Positions 39,057-49,036 of a stretch of 64,000 nucleotides of DNA are shown here, in pieces. Numbering within the stretch: position 1 is the first letter of the stretch; each line of letters starts with the position of its first letter. The notes under the pieces are model-generated. The model searched no databases. It was given only the letters and a program-made list of their open reading frames with translations, and had not been told where the DNA came from. The stretch lies in NCBI GenBank assembly GCA_034669905.1, contig JAXMOL010000037.1, positions 1 to 64,000 of the forward strand, in the 5' to 3' direction. Source of the stretch: Candidatus Hydrogenedentota bacterium. Lineage in GTDB: Bacteria; Hydrogenedentota; Hydrogenedentia; Hydrogenedentales; JAEUWI01. A program made the position numbers and the translations under genes.

Positions 39057-40949
39057 CTATTGCTGCACAGCAATCTCATGGCTTTCTCCTCCAAAGGTGA
39101 TGCGCACCGAATCTCTGTTGGAGCTCTCTGCAAAGAAGGGATTGTCGTAATAGCGACGGGGCGCCAAGTCCACGGGGACACCGTGCTTCCGAGGTACTCG
39201 GGCTTCCTTCAGGAAAAGCCCCAGACTGGTCTCTGTGCCCGAGCGGTCCGGGAAGCGATAGGTCAACTGGCCGTTCTCCATGGCCCACCTGTGGCCGGCA
39301 AGGTAGTCCGCGAAATCGTCCAACGTGGCGAAGGTAGCCTTTCGGCCCGTTACCAGGGCGACAGGGTCGAACGCCGATCCGGTACGAAGCTCGCGGTCGT
39401 TCAGCCAGGTGACAGGGTCTTCCGTATGCTGGAAAATCCGGAGGGCGGCATAGCTGTCGCCTTCTTCCAAGACACGCCAGCCCTTCCGTTCGACGAGGCG
39501 GTCTTTCATGCCGGTGGCAAAACAGACCTTCAGGCCCGTGATGGGGGGATAGTTGCGATTCGCCTGAAGGAGCAGCACGTTTTCATGTTGGACCGCGATG
39601 TGTTGCACGTAGGTCGTGGAAACGGCGGGGTCGTTTTTCGCCACCTTGCCCTCGCACTCGAAATAGATGCGCGCGTCGGGTCCCGTGTTGAAGGTGAGGC
39701 CCTGCCACAGGTTCTGGGTCGAAATGGCGGCATAGCGCCCATCCGCCCGCTCCGGTTCCGCCGGGTAGATTTGATAGTCCTCCCGCAGGGCCGGGTCGAG
39801 GGTGTAGGAGCCCAGGATATGGTCGGGCGTGCTCCACGTATAGCGGATGAAGCGAGACTCCCGGGCGAAGTGATACCAACAGGAGTGGTCGACTTTGGGG
39901 GGCTGGGGGTCCACATGGGTCATGCGGCCAGGACGGCGGGACTGGTACGCGTAGCTTCCCCGTTGCTCCGTTTCGGTGGCCAGGCGTGCGATGAGGGGCG
40001 GCAGGGTGTAGTCCGAGGTGGCCAGCACGAGGCCGAAGCCCATGATGGGATGGGTGAAATTGCCCGGTTCGTCCCACCCGTTTTGTTTCAGCAGGAGATT
40101 ACCCATCATATACCAGCTGTCCCGCGCACCGAATTGAGAATACTTGCCCTGATAGCAGCGGGCCTTCGCCCCACCGCGGATACCCTTCAACTGCTCCACC
40201 GCCCAGTCTGCCCAGCAGAGATCGAGGAGGGCGCGGGCATTGTGCTGGAGGCGGGGGTTGTCGGCGAAATCGCGGAGGTTCACCAGTTCGGGGATGAGGT
40301 ACTTGCCGTAAATCGGCGAGCCGAATTCGATGAAGAGGCCGTGGCGAAAGCGCTCGATGCAGTAGCGGTTGAAATAGGCCGTCCAGGCGGCGCGGTGATC
40401 GGCCAGGGTGAAGCCATCGGAGAGGGTACGCGGGGCCCATGCTGGTCGTTGGGCCAGGGCCTGAATGGCGAGGAAGGCATTGCCCAGATCCATGAGGTCG
40501 TGGTTTTCGCTGCCCTGGATGAACCAGACATACTTCGTATCGGCCCGGGCGACCGTGCTTTTTGCGAGGGCATAGTTCCAGAAGAGCGTTTCAATGCGGT
40601 CCACGTTGACTTCCGACAGGGCGCCCGGCCGTGCCGTGCCGTGGGGTCCGAAGAGGTAATAGAGGCGGACCCACGTGCGCATCTGCCATTTGAACTGTTC
40701 ATCGGCGACGGTGGGGGAAAGGGCGTCGTGATCCCCGAGGGCTTCCTGGAAGGCCGTCTCCAGGTGGGCGTTCGCAGCGGGGCCATCTTCCTCAAGCACA
40801 AAAAGCGCGAAGGCCCGGGCCAGGGGCGAGGCCTTGGGGGTGTCGCGGAGCTTCTCGAAGAGGGGGTGGTAGTCGGTGCGCAGGGGCTCGGCCCCCTGGG
40901 TTGCGAGACTGAACATCAGGAGGAGGGGAAGGATAGAACGGGCAATCAT
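39057..40949 (-). CDS. Secreted hypothetical protein (possible heparinase/lyase-like fold)
   Basis: Signal peptide; SENH and EF.SP.Y motifs; just downstream of the sulfatase in the same orientation. Confidence 0.65.
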   Translation of the reverse strand: MIARSILPLLLMFSLATQGAEPLRTDYHPLFEKLRDTPKASPLARAFALFVLEEDGPAANAHLETAFQEALGDHDALSPTVADEQFKWQMRTWVRLYYLFGPHGTARPGALSEVNVDRIETLFWNYALAKSTVARADTKYVWFIQGSENHDLMDLGNAFLAIQALAQRPAWAPRTLSDGFTLADHRAAWTAYFNRYCIERFRHGLFIEFGSPIYGKYLIPELVNLRDFADNPRLQHNARALLDLCWADWAVEQLKGIRGGAKARCYQGKYSQFGARDSWYMMGNLLLKQNGWDEPGNFTHPIMGFGLVLATSDYTLPPLIARLATETEQRGSYAYQSRRPGRMTHVDPQPPKVDHSCWYHFARESRFIRYTWSTPDHILGSYTLDPALREDYQIYPAEPERADGRYAAISTQNLWQGLTFNTGPDARIYFECEGKVAKNDPAVSTTYVQHIAVQHENVLLLQANRNYPPITGLKVCFATGMKDRLVERKGWRVLEEGDSYAALRIFQHTEDPVTWLNDRELRTGSAFDPVALVTGRKATFATLDDFADYLAGHRWAMENGQLTYRFPDRSGTETSLGLFLKEARVPRKHGVPVDLAPRRYYDNPFFAESSNRDSVRITFGGESHEIAVQQ

Positions 40950-40977
40950 GAAGGGGGCTTTCGTGCTGTGGGGCGAA

Positions 40978-42390
40978 TCAGGCCTGTCCATCCCAGGCGG
41001 GGTTGGGCGTGTGGCGTACTTCCAGGACCGCATCGAGATAGGCGTGGAGGTCCGCGAGGAGTTCTTTCGCCTTGTCGGGCATTTTCTCCGCCAGGTTGGT
41101 GGTTTCGCTCAGGTCGGCTTCCAAATCATAGAGGGCCAAATCGACGGGGTCATAGGTTTCGATCAGCTTGTAGCGCCCCTTGCGTATGGCGGCACCGGGC
41201 CGCATGGATTTGCTGTGGTAATGGGGGTAATACCAGACCTGGGGCTTGCGGGCTACGGTCTTTCCTTCGGTCAGGGTGGGGGTGAGATCATAGCCATCCA
41301 GTTGCGTGGGGTCTTGGGGCGTAGCACCTGTGGCGGCCGCGATGGTGGGGAAGAGGTCGGTGCCCATGGAAAGCTGGTCCGTCGTCTGGTTGGCCGGGAT
41401 ATGCCCGGGCCACTTGACGATCAACGGCACGCGAATGCCCCCTTCGTAGAGGGTCCCCTTGCCTTCCCGGAGGGGTTTCTGGACGGCGCTGTCCTCCAGT
41501 CCGCCGTTATCGGAAGTAAAGATGACGAGGGTGTTCTCTTCCAGTCCCAGGGATTTCAGGCGTTCCAACACGCGCCCGATGTTGCGGTCCATATTCTCTA
41601 CCATGGCGGCATAGGCGGGGTGGATGCCCGTGTCTTTGCCCGCAAATTTCTCGCGATATTTGTCCGCCAGGTTCCCGGGGGCTTCCAGGGGGGTGTGGAC
41701 CGCGTACAGGGTGAGGTAGAGGAAGAAGGGCTGCGCTTGCTGCCGCTCGATAAAGCCGATGGCCTCGTCCGTCAGCCGGTCTGTGAGATACTCGCCGGGC
41801 TTGCCCTCCGCCAACGTGGGGATGTCGGGATTCCACTTCTTCTGGGGTTTCTTGTAGGGGTAGTAATAGGTGGGCGGGGAGCCATGGGTCCAGCCACCGA
41901 TATTTTCGTCGAAGCCCTGGTCTTCCGGCCAATAGCCCTCTTCGCCGAGGTGCCACTTGCCGATGCTGGCCGAGACGTAGCCCTGGGGTTTCAGGAGTTC
42001 CGCGAGCGACTCTTCCGCGTGGGGGAGATACATCTTATCCTGCGGCGGAATGATGCGGCTCTTCTCCGGGTGGCGGTGACGGCCAATGGCGGTGATGTGG
42101 CCGGTGAATCCGGTTCGGGCCGGATTCTTGCCCGTCATGAGGGCGGCCCGGCTCGGCGAGCACACGGGGCAATTGGCGTAGGCCTGGGTAAAGCGCATGC
42201 CTTCGGTCGCGAGTTGGTCGATGTGGGGTGTTTCGAAGAGGTCCCCGCCATAGCAGCCCAGGTCTTTGTAGCCCAGATCATCGATGAGCACGAGGAGCAC
42301 ATTGGGTTTCGTGGGGGCGGCGTGGGATTGCCGGGTGGCAAGACTGGCAAGCAAGCCGCCCGTGGCGGCCAGGAAGTGTCGGCGATTCAT
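40978..42390 (-). CDS. Tat-exported Cys-type sulfatase
   Basis: NRRHFL; DDLG; CSPSRAALMTG; GKWHLG; SDNG; YEGGIRVP. Confidence 0.95.
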   Translation of the reverse strand: MNRRHFLAATGGLLASLATRQSHAAPTKPNVLLVLIDDLGYKDLGCYGGDLFETPHIDQLATEGMRFTQAYANCPVCSPSRAALMTGKNPARTGFTGHITAIGRHRHPEKSRIIPPQDKMYLPHAEESLAELLKPQGYVSASIGKWHLGEEGYWPEDQGFDENIGGWTHGSPPTYYYPYKKPQKKWNPDIPTLAEGKPGEYLTDRLTDEAIGFIERQQAQPFFLYLTLYAVHTPLEAPGNLADKYREKFAGKDTGIHPAYAAMVENMDRNIGRVLERLKSLGLEENTLVIFTSDNGGLEDSAVQKPLREGKGTLYEGGIRVPLIVKWPGHIPANQTTDQLSMGTDLFPTIAAATGATPQDPTQLDGYDLTPTLTEGKTVARKPQVWYYPHYHSKSMRPGAAIRKGRYKLIETYDPVDLALYDLEADLSETTNLAEKMPDKAKELLADLHAYLDAVLEVRHTPNPAWDGQA

Positions 42391-42519
42391 GAGTTCCTCC
42401 AATCATGTTAAGGAGACCATGGTACCGAATGGTCAGGGTGCGATACACCTTGAAGCGGAAACGTTTATGGGCACCGCGATGGAGAGGGGTCTGTGATGTT
42501 CAACCCCGTTGATACCGGA

Positions 42520-42670
42520 CGTGCCGCGCGATCCCGAGGTACGAGGGTTCGTGCGCTTGGAGCAGCCGCGATGGGCAATGCGGGGGCCCTTAGCGAATTC
42601 AGCGGGTCGAGAAACGCACGAACCCGTCAGGACGCGTTAAGACTCGCCTTTTGGGGATCGCGCGGCACGC
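42520..42670. repeat. Element with terminal inverted repeats (second copy at 13574-13681)
   Basis: cgtgccgcgcgatccc...gggatcgcgcggcacg termini; conserved inner blocks. Confidence 0.8.
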
Positions 42671-42728
42671 GTGTTGCCAAATTCGCCATTCCCAGGTGAT
42701 AAATTCCACTGTTACCCGATGACCCACG

Positions 42729-42759
42729 AAAAACGCCCCGCAGGGAGGCTGCGGGGCGT
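42729..42759 (-). terminator. Intrinsic terminator
   Basis: aaaaacgccccgcag-ggagg-ctgcggggcgt. Confidence 0.8.
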
Positions 42760-42776
42760 CGGGATAGCGCGTCGTC

Positions 42777-43787
42777 TTATTTGACCGGGGGCTCGGTGGC
42801 GAAGTTGGCCAGGGCCTCTTTTACCCGTTCGGCCTGTCCGGGGCTGGCGATGAGGTATTGGTGATTGCCGTCTTTGTGTTCCCGGAAGAAGGTGTAGCCT
42901 TCGTCGTCGTAGTGGGCATAGCCCTTTACCGAGAGGTCAAAGTAACCCCGGTCGGGCCGCACGGCATAGAGTACGCTCGTCAGGTCCCAGGAGGGCTGGT
43001 TGGTGTAGGCCTTGTGGTAGTGGCGGTAGGCCACATCGAGGATGTGGTCTTTCTCATAGTTGAAGTCGAACTTCATGGCGTCCTGGTAGAGGGCCGTTTC
43101 CAGGCCGATTTCGAAGCCGCTGATGATGACGGGGGTGGGCCATCCCTTGAGCAGCTCTTGGGCCGACGGGATGTCTTTCACCACGTTGTATTCATTGTGG
43201 GGGCGGTCGTTGTGGGGCTTGAAGGCGCCCGCCATGATGGAGATGAACTTGACCTTCGTGGCGGCCAGGTCCTTGCCACTGAGGGGGGAGTGTTCATCGC
43301 CTTTGGAGGCCAGGAGGCGGGCCAGGTTGGTGGAGAAACCGACCTGGGCAATGACCACGGAATGATCGGGCTGGGCCGCGAGGGTCTGGCGCAGCAGCAC
43401 CGTCGCGTCGGGTGCATCATCGCCACTCTTCAGGTCGTGGGGGTACTTCAGGGTGTCCCCGTTCTTGTGTTCGATGATGGGGGTGTAGCGGCTATCCTGC
43501 TTCGTGACGCCCCCTTTCACCATGCCGATGGGAATGTCGGGGCGGCCGTAGTAGGTATTCACCGCGTCAATAAAGGGGGCCGACTGGGGGTGGTCTTTCG
43601 TAATCGTGACGGCAAGCAGTTCGCATTCGCCGCGATTCTGGAGGGCGTGGATGACCCCGAGGGCGAGGGCGTCGTCCACGTCATTGCCCATATCGGTATC
43701 GTAGATAAGCTTGACCGGGGCCGGTACAGGGGGTTTGTCTTCAATGACGCCCATAGCGAGCAGACCGCATACGAGAAATTCCAACAT
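42777..43787 (-). CDS. Nucleoside hydrolase family protein
   Basis: DTDMGNDVDD; TNLA; EYN; SWD. Confidence 0.85.
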   Translation of the reverse strand: MLEFLVCGLLAMGVIEDKPPVPAPVKLIYDTDMGNDVDDALALGVIHALQNRGECELLAVTITKDHPQSAPFIDAVNTYYGRPDIPIGMVKGGVTKQDSRYTPIIEHKNGDTLKYPHDLKSGDDAPDATVLLRQTLAAQPDHSVVIAQVGFSTNLARLLASKGDEHSPLSGKDLAATKVKFISIMAGAFKPHNDRPHNEYNVVKDIPSAQELLKGWPTPVIISGFEIGLETALYQDAMKFDFNYEKDHILDVAYRHYHKAYTNQPSWDLTSVLYAVRPDRGYFDLSVKGYAHYDDEGYTFFREHKDGNHQYLIASPGQAERVKEALANFATEPPVK

Positions 43788-43989
43788 GATACTGAGCTTC
43801 CTTGGGTTGTCTGGGGTGTGGGCACGCGGGAGCACGACCCGCTGCCTTAGCAAAGGTCAGCCTATAGGGTACCTGGGGCATTTTTCAATAGGGAGTGGCA
43901 CCCTTTCCCGGTGGACCGGGTGGACCAGTTTGCCTGTCGACGGGAAAGGCCGTTATCATTCCGATTCCACGACCTACAGGAGTTTCTTC

Positions 43990-44940
43990 ATGTCTGCCTC
44001 TCATCCCTCGGTTACCTGCATTGACAGCCACTACGTGAGCCCGGAAAAAGCCGCGGTGTTTATGGTGACGGAAGGGGACCGTGTCGCCTTTGTGGACAAC
44101 AACACCAACCGGGCGGTGCCCTTGCTGTTGGAGGCCCTCACCGCCCAGGGGCTTCGTCCCGAGCAGGTCGACTACCTCATTATCACCCATGTCCACCTCG
44201 ACCATGCCGGGGGTACGGCGGAATTGTTGAAGCATTGTCCCAATGCGACGGTGCTTGCCCACCCCAAGGCCGCGCGTCACCTGGTGGATCCTTCCCGGCT
44301 GGTGGCCGGTGCGAAGGTCGTTTACGGCGAGGCCGAATTTGATGCGCTCTATGGCGTTATCGAGGGGGTTCCCGAGGACCGGGTTCGTATCATGGAAGAT
44401 GGGGAAAAACTGGACTGGGGGAGCCGAAGTCTCACGTTTTTCTATACCAAGGGCCACGCGAGTCACCACTTCTCGATCTACGATTCGGGCAGTGACGGGG
44501 TTTTTGCGGGGGATGCCTTCGGGTTGGCGCGAACGCCCGAGGCCCGACCGGGGATCCCCTTTACGGTGTGTAGTTCCTCGCCGCCGGAATTCGACCCGGA
44601 CGAGGCCCGTCTGAGTGTTCAGAAGATACGCGATACAGGGGCTTCACGGGTTTTTCTGACCCACTTCGGGGCCTTCGACGATCTGGCGACCCGGGCGACG
44701 CATCTGTTGCGCTCTATCGACCAGATGGAGGCCATTGGCCGTGAGGCGGCGGCGGGAAATCTGGAGGGCGACGCCCTGGTGGCCTATTGCGACGGGCGGG
44801 TGACGGAGGCCTTTCGGGAGCATCTGGTGTGGTGCGGCGTGGAGGATCCCGAGGCCGACTTTGCCTGGCTCGCACAGGATGCCTTCCTGAACGCCCTGGG
44901 GCTGCGTTTCTACGTGGAGCGCTTGCGCAAGGCGGGCTGA
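43990..44940 (+). CDS. MBL-fold metallo-hydrolase
   Basis: THVHLDHAGG; GHA.HH; GD; THFG. Confidence 0.92.
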   Translation: MSASHPSVTCIDSHYVSPEKAAVFMVTEGDRVAFVDNNTNRAVPLLLEALTAQGLRPEQVDYLIITHVHLDHAGGTAELLKHCPNATVLAHPKAARHLVDPSRLVAGAKVVYGEAEFDALYGVIEGVPEDRVRIMEDGEKLDWGSRSLTFFYTKGHASHHFSIYDSGSDGVFAGDAFGLARTPEARPGIPFTVCSSSPPEFDPDEARLSVQKIRDTGASRVFLTHFGAFDDLATRATHLLRSIDQMEAIGREAAAGNLEGDALVAYCDGRVTEAFREHLVWCGVEDPEADFAWLAQDAFLNALGLRFYVERLRKAG

Positions 44941-45172
44941 GACGCCATCCCGCTCGTGGAAAAGAGGACCTGGTTGTGCCACCCTATCGCATCTGAACCC
45001 GCCAAAGGCGCGTCCGGGACGCGATTTGGCGGGATCGGGTGGCACGGCTCTTTCAGAAGCTACGATGCCCCAATGATTTTCCCCGATATGTGCCCACTAT
45101 CCCCAAAAAAAACTCCCCGAAAACGTCCTTCAGGACATTTCCGGGGAGGATGTGTAGTGGGTTCGGCCCTTA

Positions 45173-47731
45173 TCAGGCCCAGGTAATCAGGGTCGTCTCA
45201 TGCTTTTGGGCCAGGTCCGGGTTGTAGGGGATGACCCGGACGGTGAAACCCATCTGTCCCGTGTCATCACAGCGGATTTCCCCGGTATAGCGGTAGAAAC
45301 CATCGCCCACTTCTTTTTCCGATTCCATTTCTGAAGCGACGCCTTTTTCGATCTGGCCTTGGGCGTTGAGGGTGCCGAAGTAGACCTCCACCGTCACGTC
45401 ACTGGGGCTCAGTGCGCCCAGGGAGACCTCCGCCGAAACGGGCAGGGAGGCACCGACGAGGAGGCTATCGGACGCGTTGGCCTCGATGGCGCGAACGCTC
45501 ACGGTAGACCACTGGGAGTGGACCTTATTCTTCCAGTCTGAAAGGGCAATGGCCCGGGCGTGGTTGTCTGCCTTGAGGGCCTTGCGCCGGAGGGACGAGG
45601 GGATATAACACCGGTCCGTGTATTCCTGAACCATGCGATAGGTGTTGAATACGGGGCCGATGGTGCCGATGGCGGATTTCATCCGGTGAATCCATTCCCG
45701 CGGCAGGTCGTCATTGCCCCGCTGATAGAAGGTGGGCACGATTTCTTTTTCGAAGAGTTCATAGAGCGCTTCACTTTCGACCCGGTCCTGTTCGGCCAAA
45801 TCATCGTAGTGCTCACCCCGGCCGATGCTCCAGCCGTTGGGACCCAGGTGTTCGGCTTCGCACCACCAACCGTCGGGGATACTGATGTTCAGGGCGCCAT
45901 TGGCGGAGGCTTTCATGCCGCTGGTGCCACTGGCTTCCATGGGACGACGGGGGGTGTTGAGCCAGCAATCGACACCCTGGACCATATAGCGGGCCACGTT
46001 GATGTCGTAGTCTTCCAGGAAGACGAAATGGCGGCGAATCTCGGGTTCTTTCGCAAACTGCTGGAGGGCCCGGATAAGTTGTTTGCCTGCGGCATCCTGG
46101 GGGTGGGCCTTACCCGCGATAATAAACTGCACGGGGTGCTCTGCATTGGTGAGGATACGCTTGAGCCGTTCGGGGTCACGGAGGATCAGGGTGGCCCGCT
46201 TGTAGGTGGCGAAGCGCCGTGCAAAACCGATGGTGAGGGCATCGGGATTCAGCACTTCCCGGCAGATCGCAAGCTCGGTGTCGGGGGCACCCCGTTTTTC
46301 ATATTGGTCGGCCAGGCGGTGGCGGGCGAAGTTGACCAGGCGCTCCCGACGACGTTCGTGGGTACGCCACAGTTCGGTGTCGGGCACTTCGTCAATCCGC
46401 TTCCAAATGCTCTGATCGTCGGGGCTGTTGACCCAACCGGGCCCGAGATAGCGATCGTAGAGGTCCGAGAGGTCCCGGGAGATGACGCTCCGGGTATGGA
46501 TACCGTTGGTGATGGAGGTGATGGGCACTTCATCGACCGGGACGCCGTTCCACGTGAGGGCCCACATGCCCCGGGCCACTTCGCCATGGAGTTTACTTAC
46601 GCCATTGGCGCCGGAGGAGAGGCGTAAGGCCAGGACGGTCATGCAGAAGGGTTCGTGGGCATCGTTGGGGTTTTGCCGACCCAGTTGCAGAAAGCGCTCG
46701 AAGGTAATTCCCACTTCGTTGCAATAGCCCCGGAAATAGCGTTCCACGAGGCCGGGTTCAAACATATCATTCCCTGCAGGCACGGGGGTGTGGGTGGTGA
46801 AGAAGCTGCCGGCCTTAACGGTTTCGCTCGCCTGCTCAAAGGTCATGCCCTCTTCGGCGATCAGTTCCTTGGTTCGCTGCAGGGTCATGAAGGCTGCGTG
46901 ACCTTCGTTCATGTGGTAGGTCGTGGGCTGGATTCCCAGGGCGTGCATGGCCAACACGCCGCCCATACCCAACAGGATTTCCTGCCGTACCCGGGTTTCG
47001 TGGTCGCCGCCATAGAGCTGGGCCGTGATGGCCCGGACGGCGGGGCTGTTGGCTTCGTTGTCGCAGTCCAAGAGGTAAAGGGGTACCCGGCCTACCTGGC
47101 AACGCCATATGTTCACCAGAACAGGGCCCTCGGGGTAGTGGACCGTGATGGTCAGGGGCTTGCCGTCGGCGTCCCGCTCCTGGGAGATGGGCATGTTGTA
47201 GAAGTCGTTGTGGGGATAGGTTTCCTGCTGCCAGCCGTCGGTGCTGAGATACTGGCTGAAGTACCCGCCCCGATAGAGGAGGCCAATGCCTACCAGGGGC
47301 AGGCCGAGATCGCTGGAGGCTTTGAGGTGGTCACCCGCCAGGATGCCCAGGCCACCGGAATAGATACGCATGGACTCATGCAGGCCGAACTCGGCGGACA
47401 TATAGGCGACGCGAAAATTCTCCGGGGCCTCGGGGTTTTTGTTGGTCCAGGGGCTGGATTCCATATAGGTGTTCAGCTTGGTAGCGACCCGGTCCATGTG
47501 GGCGAGGAAGCTGTCGTCCTGGGCCAGTTCTTCCAGGCGCAACTGGCTGATGGAGCCCAGCATTTTCGTGGCGTTCTGGTGTACCTGGGTCCACAGGTCC
47601 CGGTCCATCCGGTGAAACATGTCGATGGCATCGTGGTTCCAGCACCACCACAGATTGTTTGCAATTTCAGAAAGCACTTCCAGTCGTTCCGGCAGGCGGG
47701 GCACGACGGTAAACTTGGATACAGTGGCCAT
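45173..47731 (-). CDS. glgP: Alpha-glucan (glycogen) phosphorylase
   Basis: YSGGLG.LAGD, HMNEGH, FARRFATYKR, EASGTSGMK. Confidence 0.96.
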   Translation of the reverse strand: MATVSKFTVVPRLPERLEVLSEIANNLWWCWNHDAIDMFHRMDRDLWTQVHQNATKMLGSISQLRLEELAQDDSFLAHMDRVATKLNTYMESSPWTNKNPEAPENFRVAYMSAEFGLHESMRIYSGGLGILAGDHLKASSDLGLPLVGIGLLYRGGYFSQYLSTDGWQQETYPHNDFYNMPISQERDADGKPLTITVHYPEGPVLVNIWRCQVGRVPLYLLDCDNEANSPAVRAITAQLYGGDHETRVRQEILLGMGGVLAMHALGIQPTTYHMNEGHAAFMTLQRTKELIAEEGMTFEQASETVKAGSFFTTHTPVPAGNDMFEPGLVERYFRGYCNEVGITFERFLQLGRQNPNDAHEPFCMTVLALRLSSGANGVSKLHGEVARGMWALTWNGVPVDEVPITSITNGIHTRSVISRDLSDLYDRYLGPGWVNSPDDQSIWKRIDEVPDTELWRTHERRRERLVNFARHRLADQYEKRGAPDTELAICREVLNPDALTIGFARRFATYKRATLILRDPERLKRILTNAEHPVQFIIAGKAHPQDAAGKQLIRALQQFAKEPEIRRHFVFLEDYDINVARYMVQGVDCWLNTPRRPMEASGTSGMKASANGALNISIPDGWWCEAEHLGPNGWSIGRGEHYDDLAEQDRVESEALYELFEKEIVPTFYQRGNDDLPREWIHRMKSAIGTIGPVFNTYRMVQEYTDRCYIPSSLRRKALKADNHARAIALSDWKNKVHSQWSTVSVRAIEANASDSLLVGASLPVSAEVSLGALSPSDVTVEVYFGTLNAQGQIEKGVASEMESEKEVGDGFYRYTGEIRCDDTGQMGFTVRVIPYNPDLAQKHETTLITWA

Positions 47732-48052
47732 AGCGTCTTTTCCTTATCAGGCGATTACCGGTCCAGAAGGCAGGTAATGAATACGCGGTTTGCGCAGCAC
47801 AAAAGGCATTCTCGGTCCGGAACGTGTCATACAAAACGGTCCGGAATACGTAACGGGGATCATGGGCGTTCCTGGCCCGACCGGGGCTGCTTCCGGTGGG
47901 AGGTAACGGCATAAAGACCCGCACGGATGTATGTTAATCCAACGACATGCTTGGGAATCCCATTCTTTTCCCCACTTCCCGACACCAGGGGCGCTTATGC
48001 GTTCCAAGCATAGCACCTGTATGTTTTCGGGGCAAGAAGTGGACGGCATCAC

Positions 48053-48793
48053 TTACATGGGTGATGGGGTGTGGGGCGTGGCCCGTTTGGGGGATGTAAC
48101 CCGGAACCAGCCGATCGAGGCCAGGCCCGCGATAATTGCGGCATCAATGATTTCGACAACGATCCTTCCCAGGTATTGACCGGGCACCAGCATATAGAAA
48201 AGCCCAACGGTCAGAAAAAATATCGTGCAAAACACGGCATACAGGGCCACGCCTGGAGTTCGTCCCGGCTGGGCATGGGTGAGGGGCAGGCGGTGGATGC
48301 CGACCAGGAGCAGGAACAGGCCCACGACCGTGCTGCCATGTTGCAGGTATTTGTAAGCGGGCCAACCGAGTAGGGTCGTCTTGAGTTGGGGAAAGGCTTG
48401 TACGGCAAATCCGATTCCGTGGGTGAAGCTATCCCAGACGATGTGGGTCAGGGCACCAATCAGAATGGCTATCGCCGCCACTCCCATGTGCCACAGCCCC
48501 CCATGGACGGTGGGAGGTGCGGGCCATCGTCGCTGTAAATAGACGGGCAGACATTCCGGTAGCGCGGGGAGTATCAGCACCCGGTAGACCCCGTACACCA
48601 CAAGCCCCACCGGCAGGCAAAAGCCCACGAGGCCGGGGAGGGTGTGGGAAAAATTGCCCCATGGCTGGAGCCGGAGAAAGTATTCGAAATCCGGGCTCAT
48701 GCTTCCGATGACGAGGGCGGCAAAGGGCACACCCTGGTTACGAAGACGATAGCCCGGGAGAACGGCGGCAGGATGGGCGAAGGTCAGGGGCAT
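48053..48793 (-). CDS. DUF4184-family membrane protein
   Basis: MPLTFAHPAAVLP, GSMSPD, TH..WD.FTH, LQH.ST. Confidence 0.85.
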   Translation of the reverse strand: MPLTFAHPAAVLPGYRLRNQGVPFAALVIGSMSPDFEYFLRLQPWGNFSHTLPGLVGFCLPVGLVVYGVYRVLILPALPECLPVYLQRRWPAPPTVHGGLWHMGVAAIAILIGALTHIVWDSFTHGIGFAVQAFPQLKTTLLGWPAYKYLQHGSTVVGLFLLLVGIHRLPLTHAQPGRTPGVALYAVFCTIFFLTVGLFYMLVPGQYLGRIVVEIIDAAIIAGLASIGWFRVTSPKRATPHTPSPM

Positions 48794-48893
48794 ACGGTGC
48801 TGCTCCAGATTCACAAGGCCACGGGAGTGGGTTGGCTCAAAGTCAGGAGAAAATTTTTTCGCCAGAAGCCTTCACCTGAAGTGCCCGACGAAT

Positions 48894-48978
48894 CCCCTCC
48901 CGGCAGGGGTTTGGGGTGGGTTGGGGACGCTTTCGTGACTTGACCCACCCCCGGCCCCTCCAAGGAGGGGAGTTTTTT
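48894..48978. repeat. CCCCTCC..GGAGGGG palindromic repeat, copy 3
   Basis: Matches copies at 8233 and 38908. Confidence 0.9.
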
Positions 48979-49036
48979 CTGCATTCGGTTACCGTTCTCG
49001 TCGTAACTTAATGACCCATACGAAAAAATCAAACCA

